The notes: generated by a model not told the origin, from the letters alone. A DNA stretch of 64,000 bases from Candidatus Zixiibacteriota bacterium (GCA_037441845.1 JBBIRK010000001.1:401284-465283), one strand, 5' to 3'; shown: positions 1 through 9,690, counted from the first letter of the stretch. Numbers and translations: made by a program.

Positions 1-692
1 CCGGACCTGTTCACCAGAAATGCGTCGCTCGAAGGACGAAGATTTTGCGATATTATGTCACGATACATCATGTCGCTGTCCAGCGTGGCGCGTAATATGT
101 ATGAACGGCCGTCTCCAGTACTGTGCATTATGGCGATTACGAAATGGGGGAACCCCCGGTAGCCCTTGAACACGTCGCTTACGTAAACACCCCGTATACT
201 GACCTCATGAAACCAGTCCTGGTCTCGGTAGTTTTTGCCTTCAAGGGGGTAAGGCCCTACGTACGAAACTTGATTTCCCCGGGAATCTATCAATCCCAAA
301 TCGATAAAACCCCCGAAAGCCGTTTTCAGATCATCCAGCAACTCCGCCAGCTTGTCATGATTGCTCAACTCTTCGTAAGTGGATCCGCGGATCACGAAAT
401 CGAGTGCCGAGCGCCTCGTGGCGATGAATGATTGCAACGCGTGTCGGGTGTTTGAAGTCTGTCTGGTGATCGGGAAAATCATATCCGCCCGCATCGCCTT
501 TTGGTACTGATAATAATTGACTGCGGTCATGATGATAAGAGGAACCAGCGCGACTATGGACATCAGAATTATGGAAAATTTTCTTAATCGGCGATAACGG
601 AAACCGCGAGCATCCGATTTGCCGCCCTTATCCATTGCCCGGTGATGATCCGGTAAACCGTTTTGTTCTCTGGAAACCTCGGTTTCTTTCAT
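1..692 (-). CDS. Sensor histidine kinase N-terminal part (TM + Cache-like domain), runs off the window edge
   Basis: Manual translation from ATG at 692: MKETEVSREQ...FSIILMSIVALVPLIIMTAVNYYQY...FGGFIDLGLIDSRGNQVSYVGPYPLEGKNYRDQDWFHEVSIRGVYVSDVFKGYRGFPHFVIAI. The frame stays open to position 1 and lies downstream of a response regulator. Not in the ORF track. Confidence 0.75.
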   Translation of the reverse strand, partial: MKETEVSREQNGLPDHHRAMDKGGKSDARGFRYRRLRKFSIILMSIVALVPLIIMTAVNYYQYQKAMRADMIFPITRQTSNTRHALQSFIATRRSALDFVIRGSTYEELSNHDKLAELLDDLKTAFGGFIDLGLIDSRGNQVSYVGPYPLEGKNYRDQDWFHEVSIRGVYVSDVFKGYRGFPHFVIAIMHSTGDGRSYILRATLDSDMMYRDIISQNLRPSSDAFLVNRS

Positions 693-771
693 GCCGAATT
701 ATTCCGTTCAGCCCGGCGGACAGCCGGTCAACACCATAGATACCCCCGCCGATTCGGGTTTGAGCGCTGCA

Positions 772-1992
772 TCAGGATTTGCTCTTTCTGGCCAGGGCGA
801 CTTTGGCGTAAGCTTTTTTCATGGTTTCCGAAAGCAAATCGATATCGACCGGTTTTTCCAAATAGGCGAAAGCACCGAGCTCCGCGGCTAATTGACGTTC
901 TCTTGCGGAACCATGGCCGGTCAGGATTATGACCTCGGTTTCCGGGTGGCTTTTCTTGATTCGGCGCAACACTTCGATACCATCGATTCCCGGCATTTTC
1001 AGATCCAGAACCATGACTTCGGGTTGCTCCTTGCCGGCGAATTCGAGGGCTTGCTCGCCGTCGTAAGCGATGGATGCTTCGATCTGTCTTCGTTGCAGAC
1101 GTTCCGATAAAGTCTGCACGAACTCCCGTTCATCGTCAACCAGGAGCACTTTCTTGGGGACTTCGAAATCGACGGGAGGCCATACCGAAGGAATTTTCAA
1201 TGTGGGGCTTATTTTGAAATCGACCGATTTTACACCTTCGACCGATAAAGCCAGTTCGGCAAGCTGATTCTTATAGTTTTCGAGTCTTATTACACCTTTT
1301 TTGATAATCAGTGTCACCTGCCCTGCGGAAGATTCGACATAGACGTCATGTTTCTTTTCTGCCAACGCAAGCTTGACTTTCGTTGAGAGTCGATAATTCT
1401 CGGCCGCCGCCTTCGATTCTTCGGTCATCTTCACCGAATCGTTCATACTGTATTCCAATATCAAACCCGACGCCTTTTCGACGGGCATGGTATGCAGGGG
1501 AATAAGCGCGTCATAGTTCACCTTATCCCAGGGATCACGCCCCCATGTCGCCTGAGCGAATTCCGCAAGTATTTTGTCCTCTTTCTTCAAGCGGGATCGT
1601 GCTTCTTTTTCGGACATCGCCGATGTCGCGGCGGCCGTTTTCACCCGGTAATCGAAATCGGCCACCAACCCCACTCTCAGGATATGCGAAACCGTCTGCG
1701 GCGCAAGCAGTGCTGCCAGTCCATGAATAATATGATCGTCTTCCAGAAGAAGCTCGGAAAGCAACGCCTGAACGCGGGACAAATTGAGTAATCGATCCCG
1801 ATCGATTTTCCTGATCGCCTCGATATACGTATTGTCGAGAGCAGTTATCAGATCTTCAGGGATTCTACCCCTGAGCGTGGTTTTTTTATATGCCCCGCTG
1901 TCAATGATTTTGTACTTGGAGGTCGCCGCTAATTGTTGCAACACCTTTTCGCTTCCGCAGTGCGACGCTCCGAATATAGCTATCATCGCCAT
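772..1992 (-). CDS. Response regulator with N-terminal cytidylate-kinase-like domain and C-terminal receiver domain
   Basis: C-terminal REC motifs VLLVDDE, VLDLKMPGIDG, ILTGHG, EKP. The N-terminal part (HILRVGLVADFDYRV...WGRDPWDKVNYD) resembles the Cytidylate_kin2 family. Start is 1986-1998, uncertain. Confidence 0.75.
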   Translation of the reverse strand: MAMIAIFGASHCGSEKVLQQLAATSKYKIIDSGAYKKTTLRGRIPEDLITALDNTYIEAIRKIDRDRLLNLSRVQALLSELLLEDDHIIHGLAALLAPQTVSHILRVGLVADFDYRVKTAAATSAMSEKEARSRLKKEDKILAEFAQATWGRDPWDKVNYDALIPLHTMPVEKASGLILEYSMNDSVKMTEESKAAAENYRLSTKVKLALAEKKHDVYVESSAGQVTLIIKKGVIRLENYKNQLAELALSVEGVKSVDFKISPTLKIPSVWPPVDFEVPKKVLLVDDEREFVQTLSERLQRRQIEASIAYDGEQALEFAGKEQPEVMVLDLKMPGIDGIEVLRRIKKSHPETEVIILTGHGSARERQLAAELGAFAYLEKPVDIDLLSETMKKAYAKVALARKSKS

Positions 1993-2203
1993 CGCCAAAC
2001 CCTCAGCCGGCCATCAGCCGCCATTAATCCGTAATACCAGCTTAATCTATCTTATAAGCCCTCGGCAAGCAACTGATTAGTCGATACGCATCGAATTCCC
2101 GCTCTATCGACCCCCGAACGTCAAATTCGTAACTCCTGACGGATCCCAAGCCTATGCACCCACCGAAACAACCAAATCGAGAGGTCATTGATGCCAGTTG
2201 CCG

Positions 2204-3343
2204 TCAATCGCCCCAGCCTTTTATTCGGGCCAGAAGCCACCAGAAAGCTTTCCCTTTGAGATAGCAATTGAAACAATGAGAATGGGCGCAGGAGGAACAA
2301 GCCAAACACCAATGTTCGGCGCACCAATTTGCGCACCAGGCGCAATCATCGGCGGCATAAGGGTAATAGTTGCCGTCCGGGTCGTAGCTTTCTATATCGG
2401 CGAAATCGAACAGCACTTTGCCATGGGAAAGACAGTATTGACGAATTTGATTATTGCCTTGGTATAGGTTCCCCGACGGCCCGGTGCCGTCGAGATGGCC
2501 GGTCATATAGATAAAGGTCACATTGGGATAATCCTGCTCGAGCTCATTCACTTTATTCAAATAGATATTTATCCCTTCCTCGGTGTTGTCGGAAACACCG
2601 CCGCACCACGACCAAGTGACCACGTTGTAATCGGGGAAATTCTGCAGCCATTGCCGGGTGAAAGGAACCCATGAGGTATCTCCGTTAGAGCCGAGATCAT
2701 CGCTGCGTTCGGTGATCGTCAATGTCCCGGCGCCGTCGTTTACGCCATAGATACCGCTCGAATCCTCGATCATTTCCAGGCCGGTCATTATCTGACTGCC
2801 GTGCGAGGTATGCGTGTAAAGTATCCTGATGCTGTCCTGGATCGCATCGATGACCGATAGCGGTATGTCATGAAACAACGGAACTTTCGTATGGTCGGCG
2901 ATAATCGCCTCGGGCGTGGTCGCGGTATCGCTGTCGGCGGGAGGAACATACGGGCAATACGCCAAAGAGGCGATCGCCTTGAAATAGGCCACCAGCCGCG
3001 TCACATCCGAACCACGAACAAGGCAATTGCCGCTGACATCGGCCGCGGCATAAAGCCACCCCGTGCCTTCGATCGAATCATGATAACACGAGTCGGGCGG
3101 CGGTTCGCCGAGGCCCTTAAAATAGCGAACCATATAGGTGACATCACCGGCGCTCACTTCGCCGTCGCCGTTTATGTCTCCCGGAATGTATGGGCAGGGC
3201 ACGGAATCCAGCAAAAAGAGACGGTTGTCGAAAGGTTTATCGGAATATAGCCTTGCATAAGCTATATCGGCCTGAACGGCGTGCGTCGCCCCGGCGCCAG
3301 CCAAACAAAAACTCAGCAGAAAAATCGCTTTGGTCCTACACAT
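2204..3343 (-). CDS. Secreted protein with double dockerin-like (EF-hand) module and an uncharacterised Cys-rich catalytic-like domain
   Basis: Signal peptide; GDINGDGEVSAGDVTYMVRYF and ADVSGNCLVRGSDVTRLVAYF repeats; C-terminal HTSHGSQ, WSWCG, YMTGH, DFADIESYDPDG and CAWCANWC...CSSCAHSHCFNC. Confidence 0.7.
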   Translation of the reverse strand: MCRTKAIFLLSFCLAGAGATHAVQADIAYARLYSDKPFDNRLFLLDSVPCPYIPGDINGDGEVSAGDVTYMVRYFKGLGEPPPDSCYHDSIEGTGWLYAAADVSGNCLVRGSDVTRLVAYFKAIASLAYCPYVPPADSDTATTPEAIIADHTKVPLFHDIPLSVIDAIQDSIRILYTHTSHGSQIMTGLEMIEDSSGIYGVNDGAGTLTITERSDDLGSNGDTSWVPFTRQWLQNFPDYNVVTWSWCGGVSDNTEEGINIYLNKVNELEQDYPNVTFIYMTGHLDGTGPSGNLYQGNNQIRQYCLSHGKVLFDFADIESYDPDGNYYPYAADDCAWCANWCAEHWCLACSSCAHSHCFNCYLKGKAFWWLLARIKGWGD

Positions 3344-3556
3344 AAATCTCCTACGCCTGCACCGACCGGGATAAATGGTATATACTCAAACCGTTCTATA
3401 AGATCATGGGCATTAAGATAGCATATTTTCGGCAATAGACAAGCCCCAACAGTTTCAAAAACAATCCGGGTCATGCTTGTGAAACTTGCCACTTGACTCT
3501 GAACGACAAATCGATAACTTTGCTATCTGGCATAAAAGCATATTACGGGAGGAAAA

Positions 3557-5920
3557 ATGGCGATCGGCAATGGGTTGGGAAAACCTTTCAATTTCGGTCC
3601 GAGACGGGCTGTCTATATCGATATGTCCGACCATCGGGATTATCCATCGAAAACCACACCTGAGTCTATAGACGCGCTGAATCGATTCGACTTGTGGTAT
3701 CGTACTTTATGCGCGATGCTTTTCAACTTCGCCTCGAGCGGGCACCCCGGCGGAAGCACTTCCTCGGGGCATATCGTCGCCTCGGCTATCATAGAAACGA
3801 TGGATTACAATTTCAGCGACCCCGAACAACCGGAAAACGACCTAATAAGCTATGCAGCCGGCCACAAGGCACTCGGCCTTTATGCGATGTGGGCCAGCCG
3901 CAACGAGATGGTGCGGGCGGCACGCCCCGACCTCTTACCCGATGAGAAAAAGCAGATGCGGCTCGAGGACATGCTCGGTTTCCGCCGCAACCCTACCCAA
4001 AACACGCCCCTGTTCAAAAAATTCAAGGCCCGGGCCCTCGATGGTCATCCGACGCCGTTGACGCCGTTCCTCAGACTTTCGACCGGCCCCTCCGGTGTCG
4101 GCGTGCCGTCGTCGATCGGCCTGGCTATGGGGGCGATCGACCGATACGGCGAAAATGCGCCCAAGGTTCATATAATCGAGGGAGAGGGCGGATTGACGCC
4201 GGGCCGGACCTCGGAAGCGCTGGCTGCGGCCGCGTCGGCCAACCTCAAAAACGTCATCCTTCATGTCGATTGGAATCAAGCCTCGATCGATTCCGACCAC
4301 GTTTGCCGCGAGGACGACAAGTGGGGCGACTACGTGCAATGGTGTCCGCGCGAATACTTTTATCTCCATGACTGGAACGTCATCTGGGTTCCGGATGGCT
4401 TCGATTTTGACATGGTAATCAGGGCTCAAGCTATCGCCAAAGCAGGCCTGAACAATCAGCCGACCGCAATCGTGTATCGCACCCAAAAAGGATGGCGCTA
4501 TGGGATTCTGGGGCGGAAATCGCATGGAGCTGGGCATAAGCCTTTTTCACCGGAATACTATAAGGCCTTGGAAGAATTCGAAAATTTCTACAATGTTCAA
4601 TTCCCCCGTCTGGGTCAGGATCAATCCTCGATCGCTATCGAGCAGAATTACTACGACAGCATGATGGTTCTGCGGAATGTGGCCGAATCGGATAAGTCGA
4701 TGTCCGGCTATGTGGCGGAAAAGATCGCCGCCAGCAAGAAACGACTGGAATCGCTCGATCGCAAGCCCCGTTCCGGCGCACCCAATCTGAACATTCTTTA
4801 CACCGATCCCGAAATAAGCTCCCAAAAGATTCCCGACGAACTGATTCTCAAGCCAGGCGATAAAACAACATTAAGAGGAGAACTTGGGCGAACCCTCGGC
4901 TATCTGAATAAAAAGACCGGCGGGGCGTTCATCGGAGCCGCTGCCGATCTGCTCGGCTCCACTTCCGTGGATAAGCTCAACGCCGATTTTTCCACGGGCT
5001 TTTACAATTTCGTCACCAACAACAATGCACGCCTGATCGCCGTAGGCGGTATCTGCGAGGATGCCATCGGAGCTTTCATGAGCGGGCTTTCCTCTTTCGG
5101 TTTCAACATAGGTGTCGGGGCATCCTATGCCGCCTTCATCGTCCCCTTGGAGCACATAGCAGCCAGAGTCCATTGCATAAGCCAACAGGCACGCTACGAA
5201 TACTGCGGCGAACCGCCGAAAACATTTATCATTATTTGCGGCCATGCCGGCTTGAAAACCGGCGAGGACGGCCCCACTCATGCCGATCCACAGGCGCTCC
5301 AACTGTTTCAAGAAAATTTCCCCCGCGGAAAGGCGATTACCCTCGTTCCCTGGGACCCGCAGGAACTATGGCCATTGGTGGTCGAGGGCCTCAAAAAGCG
5401 ACCGGCGGTTTTGGCCCCGTTCGTCACCCGTCCCGATGAAACCGTTATCGATCGCGCAAAACTCAATCTGCCTCCGGCGACGGCGGCGATAGAGGGCATT
5501 TATCGTCTGCGAACCGTCGATCCCAGCCAAAAGCCTTATCATGGCACTATCGTTCTTCAAGGGAGCGAGGTCACGATCGATTTCATTAACTATGTTCTGC
5601 CCCGTCTTGACGAGGGCAAATATCGCTTGAACATCTTTTACGTGGCCAGCGCGGAGCTGTTCGACCTGCTTCCCGAAACACGCCGCAATCAGATACTGCC
5701 GCCGCAGCTTATGGCCGAGGCTATGGGTATCTCCGGATTCACGCTCCCTACGATGTACCGTTGGATCACTTCCGATTTCGGTCGGAAACACACCCTTTCC
5801 GCTTTTACAAAAGGGATATATCCGGGCAGCGGCAAAGCCGAAAAGGTGCTCGAGGAAATGGGATTGAACGGCCCTGCTCAATGGGAGATGGTGCAAAGAT
5901 ATATCAAGGCGAGAAATTAA
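3557..5920 (+). CDS. Transketolase-family TPP enzyme (long, divergent)
   Basis: SGHPGGS, AGHKA, LDGHPTP, STGPSG, GEGG...DWN TPP-motif variant, GEDGPTH; GGAGG RBS upstream. Confidence 0.85.
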   Translation: MAIGNGLGKPFNFGPRRAVYIDMSDHRDYPSKTTPESIDALNRFDLWYRTLCAMLFNFASSGHPGGSTSSGHIVASAIIETMDYNFSDPEQPENDLISYAAGHKALGLYAMWASRNEMVRAARPDLLPDEKKQMRLEDMLGFRRNPTQNTPLFKKFKARALDGHPTPLTPFLRLSTGPSGVGVPSSIGLAMGAIDRYGENAPKVHIIEGEGGLTPGRTSEALAAAASANLKNVILHVDWNQASIDSDHVCREDDKWGDYVQWCPREYFYLHDWNVIWVPDGFDFDMVIRAQAIAKAGLNNQPTAIVYRTQKGWRYGILGRKSHGAGHKPFSPEYYKALEEFENFYNVQFPRLGQDQSSIAIEQNYYDSMMVLRNVAESDKSMSGYVAEKIAASKKRLESLDRKPRSGAPNLNILYTDPEISSQKIPDELILKPGDKTTLRGELGRTLGYLNKKTGGAFIGAAADLLGSTSVDKLNADFSTGFYNFVTNNNARLIAVGGICEDAIGAFMSGLSSFGFNIGVGASYAAFIVPLEHIAARVHCISQQARYEYCGEPPKTFIIICGHAGLKTGEDGPTHADPQALQLFQENFPRGKAITLVPWDPQELWPLVVEGLKKRPAVLAPFVTRPDETVIDRAKLNLPPATAAIEGIYRLRTVDPSQKPYHGTIVLQGSEVTIDFINYVLPRLDEGKYRLNIFYVASAELFDLLPETRRNQILPPQLMAEAMGISGFTLPTMYRWITSDFGRKHTLSAFTKGIYPGSGKAEKVLEEMGLNGPAQWEMVQRYIKARN

Positions 5921-5943
5921 ATTTCTATATGTTGACTCCCCTA

Positions 5944-6771
5944 TCAAGTCCTGCGGTAACCGAAGACGGTTCGCCGCCCGAAAATGATAACGGCCAAGGG
6001 AAGGCATAACCCGAATACACAAACAATCGCCGCCCCCGGGGGAACATCGAGGACAACCGAAGCGAACAATCCGAGCGCCGAACAGACAATCCCATACAAC
6101 CAGCCAAGGCCAAGCCTTAATGATATTTTTTCGGTCAATATCGCGGCGAATACGCTTGGGACAACCAAAAAAGCGAAGACCACCAGTACCCCGCAAATCT
6201 TGACTGAACTTGTCACAACTATTCCGAATGTGGCATAAAATAGGAAATCCCAGAGCCTTTTCTTGGTAAATTTCCTGTTGTCGTCGAAACTGAGAGTCAA
6301 AAATTCATGACGCAGAAAATAATGGAAAAGGCCGACGGCGGCGTAAACCGCCGCCGTCTTGAAAACCACTGCCGATGAGGTGGTCAAGAGACTTCCCACC
6401 AGCAGATACTTGACATGCTCCGCGCCCTCAGGAATGTGACTGACCGCCAATATGGCCATGGCGGTGCTCACCGCATAAACGATTCCGATTATCGCCTCCT
6501 GGGGAACTTTATTTTCCAGCCAACGGGTGTAAGTGAATACAGCCCCACCGCCAAGCGCGAAAGCCAAAGAAAAGGTATAAGCGGTCAAGCCGGTCAATTC
6601 GAACCCCAAAAAGAAAGCCAGGGTTGAACCAAGTGCCGCCACCTGAGCCAGCGATAGATCAACGAATATGATTCCGCGTTTGATCACGTGCAAACCGAAA
6701 TAGACATGAACCCCCACCAGCACGAGACAGGCTAAAAAGGGCCAGAAAAGCAGAGTTATATATGCGTTCAT
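5944..6771 (-). CDS. Metal (Zn/Mn) ABC-3 family permease
   Basis: Polytopic membrane protein; GLHVIKRGIIFVDLSLAQVAALG, EAIIGIVY, VTSSVKICGVLVVFAFLVVP. Confidence 0.85.
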   Translation of the reverse strand: MNAYITLLFWPFLACLVLVGVHVYFGLHVIKRGIIFVDLSLAQVAALGSTLAFFLGFELTGLTAYTFSLAFALGGGAVFTYTRWLENKVPQEAIIGIVYAVSTAMAILAVSHIPEGAEHVKYLLVGSLLTTSSAVVFKTAAVYAAVGLFHYFLRHEFLTLSFDDNRKFTKKRLWDFLFYATFGIVVTSSVKICGVLVVFAFLVVPSVFAAILTEKISLRLGLGWLYGIVCSALGLFASVVLDVPPGAAIVCVFGLCLPLAVIIFGRRTVFGYRRT

Positions 6772-7658
6772 TTCAAAGCCTCCGCCAAAGCATCAACATT
6801 GCCTTTCAGCCACTCGAGATAACTTTCTCCATCACGGCGCCCGCCGATCGACGGATATAATACTATCACTTTGGCGCCGGTATCCGCCGCCAACTTGTCG
6901 GGAATGCGGCGGTCGAAATACGGCTCCATAGCGATTGCCTTGATTTTTCGGCTTTTAATCAATTGCGTCAGCTTCGCCAAATGCGAGGGCGACGGCGGGA
7001 TTCCCGGAAACGGTTCGATAAAGCCGGCGCTCACTATTCCGCCGAAAGAGGCGAAATACGGCCAGGAATTATGATAGAAAATCACCTCTTTGCCTGTTAT
7101 TTCGCCCACCGATGGTTTCAGTGAGTCGAGACCGTTCTCCAGTTCGCTAAGAAAAACCCGCCGATTATTTAAATAGTATGATTCATTGGCCGGGTCCAAC
7201 TCCGTCAAAGCCTCGATAACCGCCCTGGTGATAGGCTCGACATTCGCCGGGGTCAACCAATAATGCGGATTGCCGAAACGGTGTAAATCGCCATATCTGG
7301 CATCGGCTTTGAATGTGGGTACCTCGAGCGGCTCGATATATTTCGAGCAATCGACTACTTTCAATCGACCATTCTGCGAACCGTCGATAAGCTTATCCAT
7401 CCACATGTCAAGCTCAAGACCGACCTTAAAGGCGATATCGGCTTTCTTGAGTTTAAGTATAAAACTCGGCCTGATTTCCACGTAATGAAGGTCGGAAACC
7501 GGCGTGGCGATGGTTTCGATATCCAGTTTGTCTCCGCCGATGACCCTTGCGAAATAAGCCAGATCCGCTGTCGAGCAGACGGCCCTGATATTACCCGATA
7601 AAGCCGACCCGAACGACAGCAGAACAATCATTGCCAAAAAGAATATTTTTCCACTCAT
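6768..7658 (-). CDS. Metal ABC transporter substrate-binding protein (ZnuA/TroA family)
   Basis: Signal peptide; DLHYV, GLELD, GDLHRFGNPHYWLTP, YHNSWPYF, GIPPSPSHL; GAGG RBS before ATG 7658; stop overlaps permease start (ATGA). Confidence 0.88.
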   Translation of the reverse strand: MSGKIFFLAMIVLLSFGSALSGNIRAVCSTADLAYFARVIGGDKLDIETIATPVSDLHYVEIRPSFILKLKKADIAFKVGLELDMWMDKLIDGSQNGRLKVVDCSKYIEPLEVPTFKADARYGDLHRFGNPHYWLTPANVEPITRAVIEALTELDPANESYYLNNRRVFLSELENGLDSLKPSVGEITGKEVIFYHNSWPYFASFGGIVSAGFIEPFPGIPPSPSHLAKLTQLIKSRKIKAIAMEPYFDRRIPDKLAADTGAKVIVLYPSIGGRRDGESYLEWLKGNVDALAEALK

Positions 7659-7671
7659 TTTGTTACCTCGA

Positions 7672-8730
7672 TTAAAAATTGTGCGGCAGATGAGGCCCAA
7701 GGCTGAAAACTGCTTGGATTGTCGCCTCCCAGAACGATTCGCCCTCGGTGGGTTTGGTTTGACCGGCGACGAGTCTCAGCAGACTGGTTTCCTCTATCGG
7801 AGCGTATCCAAAGAATATCGACCAGCGCCTGGAATCATGTTCGTTATCGCCGGGTTCCTGGGCGAATTCCAGAATCGCCCCTACGTTGAATCTTTGCCGA
7901 AATCGATAGTCGAAATAAGCATAACCGCCCAGAGATTCGACCGTCTCCTCCTCGGGCGTTGCGCGCCGGCTTAGCAGCCCCTCGGCCTCGAATTGAAAGG
8001 ATCGATAACGCGTAGGTTTCCATTTGTATTTCAAATCAATGCCGATTACGGACGCCCTCAAATCTTCTACTCGATCGTATTCGGTCGTCAACCCGGAAAT
8101 TCCGATAGCCAATTCGCCGTCTTCCGAAAGTGCGCCGGCGCCTGCGAATCTGGCCATAATGCCGGGGCTTGCTTCACTCTCGCCAGCGTTTTCATGTTCA
8201 TGCTCATGTTCGTCTGCCCTGATCGCCTCTCCCTTCAATACAGCTCCGGATAATTCCGTATATATATGCCCGATGGGGAAAATGCGGTTTATCCTGACAG
8301 CCATATCGTTCAATCCATGTTCGCCGAAAAACAAGCGATGCGGCAGCGGTTGAAAAATGAACGAATAGGCATGGGGATGAACCGGATTCAATTTGCCGAA
8401 TTCCAGCCGATATTTGCCCGCTCTGATATTCAATCCGAGCGGCATCCCTCGCAAACCGGTCATATACAATTCCTCTATTTCCGCGGCGTGTTGGCCCTCC
8501 CACGCGATCGTGGCATCGGCGCGTACATAAGGGTTGAGGTACCCGCCTATCACCAACTCCATCTGCGGATCAACCAAGTTGAAACGCTCGCTTTCGTCGG
8601 CGCGCGTATCATCGTTATGAGAAAACATTCTGAGATCGCCAACCAGAGAAATGTCGGGATTCAATGTCGTCTGGCCGGCGGCCGGAGATATCGCGAAAAC
8701 CAAGAATAAGCCGAGTGAGCACAATCTCAT
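7672..8730 (-). CDS. Outer-membrane beta-barrel/porin associated with metal uptake
   Basis: Signal peptide; NPDISLVGD, EIEELY, RAGKYRLEFGKLNPVHPH, His-rich loop EHEHEHE, C-terminal FSLGPHLPHNF. Confidence 0.7.
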   Translation of the reverse strand: MRLCSLGLFLVFAISPAAGQTTLNPDISLVGDLRMFSHNDDTRADESERFNLVDPQMELVIGGYLNPYVRADATIAWEGQHAAEIEELYMTGLRGMPLGLNIRAGKYRLEFGKLNPVHPHAYSFIFQPLPHRLFFGEHGLNDMAVRINRIFPIGHIYTELSGAVLKGEAIRADEHEHEHENAGESEASPGIMARFAGAGALSEDGELAIGISGLTTEYDRVEDLRASVIGIDLKYKWKPTRYRSFQFEAEGLLSRRATPEEETVESLGGYAYFDYRFRQRFNVGAILEFAQEPGDNEHDSRRWSIFFGYAPIEETSLLRLVAGQTKPTEGESFWEATIQAVFSLGPHLPHNF

Positions 8731-8765
8731 CCTCAGTCCCTTTCTATGCTATGAATTTTCATGTC

Positions 8766-8784
8766 CGCCCGCACGAAGCGGGCG
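8766..8784. other. GC-rich hairpin between the leader ORF and the porin gene
   Basis: cgcccgc-acgaa-gcgggcg, a 7-bp stem just downstream (minus strand) of the leader ORF stop. Confidence 0.5.
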
Positions 8785-8788
8785 TCGA

Positions 8789-9094
8789 TCAAACTACGGG
8801 AAAAGTTATCCAGCCTGAAGGTGGGGAACGCCCGTTGCCAGTATATTCGAGAAGGAAAGATGAAATCGGTATTTCAATGAAAATCAAAATGGCGATTATC
8901 GGCAGTTCCGCCGACAATGTGGGAGGTTCGGGGCTTATCCCATAGGCAGATGGTGTCTGGCATATCTGACAATGACCAAAGCCGCCTGCGTCTTGGTGAT
9001 AGTGTATGGCAAGCCCCAAATTTGCGACCAGCGGGACTATAACGATAACCCAATAGAAGACCCGATACTTAATCTTGATCGCTGTTATTCTCAT
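8789..9094 (-). CDS. DUF2946-like small protein / putative regulatory leader
   Basis: N-terminal hydrophobic segment, HYHQ...HCQICQ (CxxC), and GRSPP near the C-terminus; first gene of a metal-uptake operon. Confidence 0.7.
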   Translation of the reverse strand: MRITAIKIKYRVFYWVIVIVPLVANLGLAIHYHQDAGGFGHCQICQTPSAYGISPEPPTLSAELPIIAILIFIEIPISSFLLEYTGNGRSPPSGWITFPVV

Positions 9095-9214
9095 GCGAAA
9101 ACCGCAGCATTAGAAGTGTCTATCAACTTTACGCCGATGGAGAACTGCCCTCCGAAACATGTGATTAGAGACTGCCGATAATATTCTCGTCCTTTCTCTC
9201 GCGGAACTAGCGCG

Positions 9215-9242
9215 AATATACAAATATCAAAAGATATGTCAA
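9215..9242 (-). promoter_or_regulatory. Sigma70-type promoter for the metal-uptake operon with a palindrome in the spacer
   Basis: Minus strand TTGACA-N16-TATATT; ATATC-AAAA-GATAT palindrome at 9224-9237. Confidence 0.55.
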
Positions 9243-9690
9243 GAAAAAGAACGTCTTGCATGAACTTAAATATCGATTATATAATAATTGACACTTGAGT
9301 TTTGCTCGGGTGACATTCTTGTTATTGCGAACTTGCCTCAGACAATCGAATAGCTATCGCGAATTGGCTTGCCTGTTCTATCGCACCGGCTATGATAATA
9401 TCGGCTTAACGCAATGATTCCGTTTTCATTATTCGGGATTGCCTGCTTGCCTTTGAAACGGCTTACTATATTACAAGAGCAGGATACTGTGTCCGCCAGC
9501 GCGATCAAGCCTTAAGAAAAAACAAGCCTCGGCATAAGTCCGCAATAATTATCCGAAATAGCATCAATCGGCATGTTCGTTGAGCAGCTATCTTAGGTTT
9601 TGGGATATATTAATGCCCGCTTCGGGATTTCCAGCGATCCCGTTTTCGTGCGCTATATATCGTCATTCGCGAAGCCTTACCCGCCAATCG

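Noticed and set aside
2255..2345. c-type heme motifs in the Cys-rich tail of the dockerin protein
   Set aside because: The patterns are CxxCA/CxxCS/CxxCAH, not CxxCH.
9243..9690. Possible riboswitch or ncRNA in the long AT-rich intergenic region
   Set aside because: I could not identify a known riboswitch consensus or a convincing extended structure by eye; an Rfam scan would be needed.
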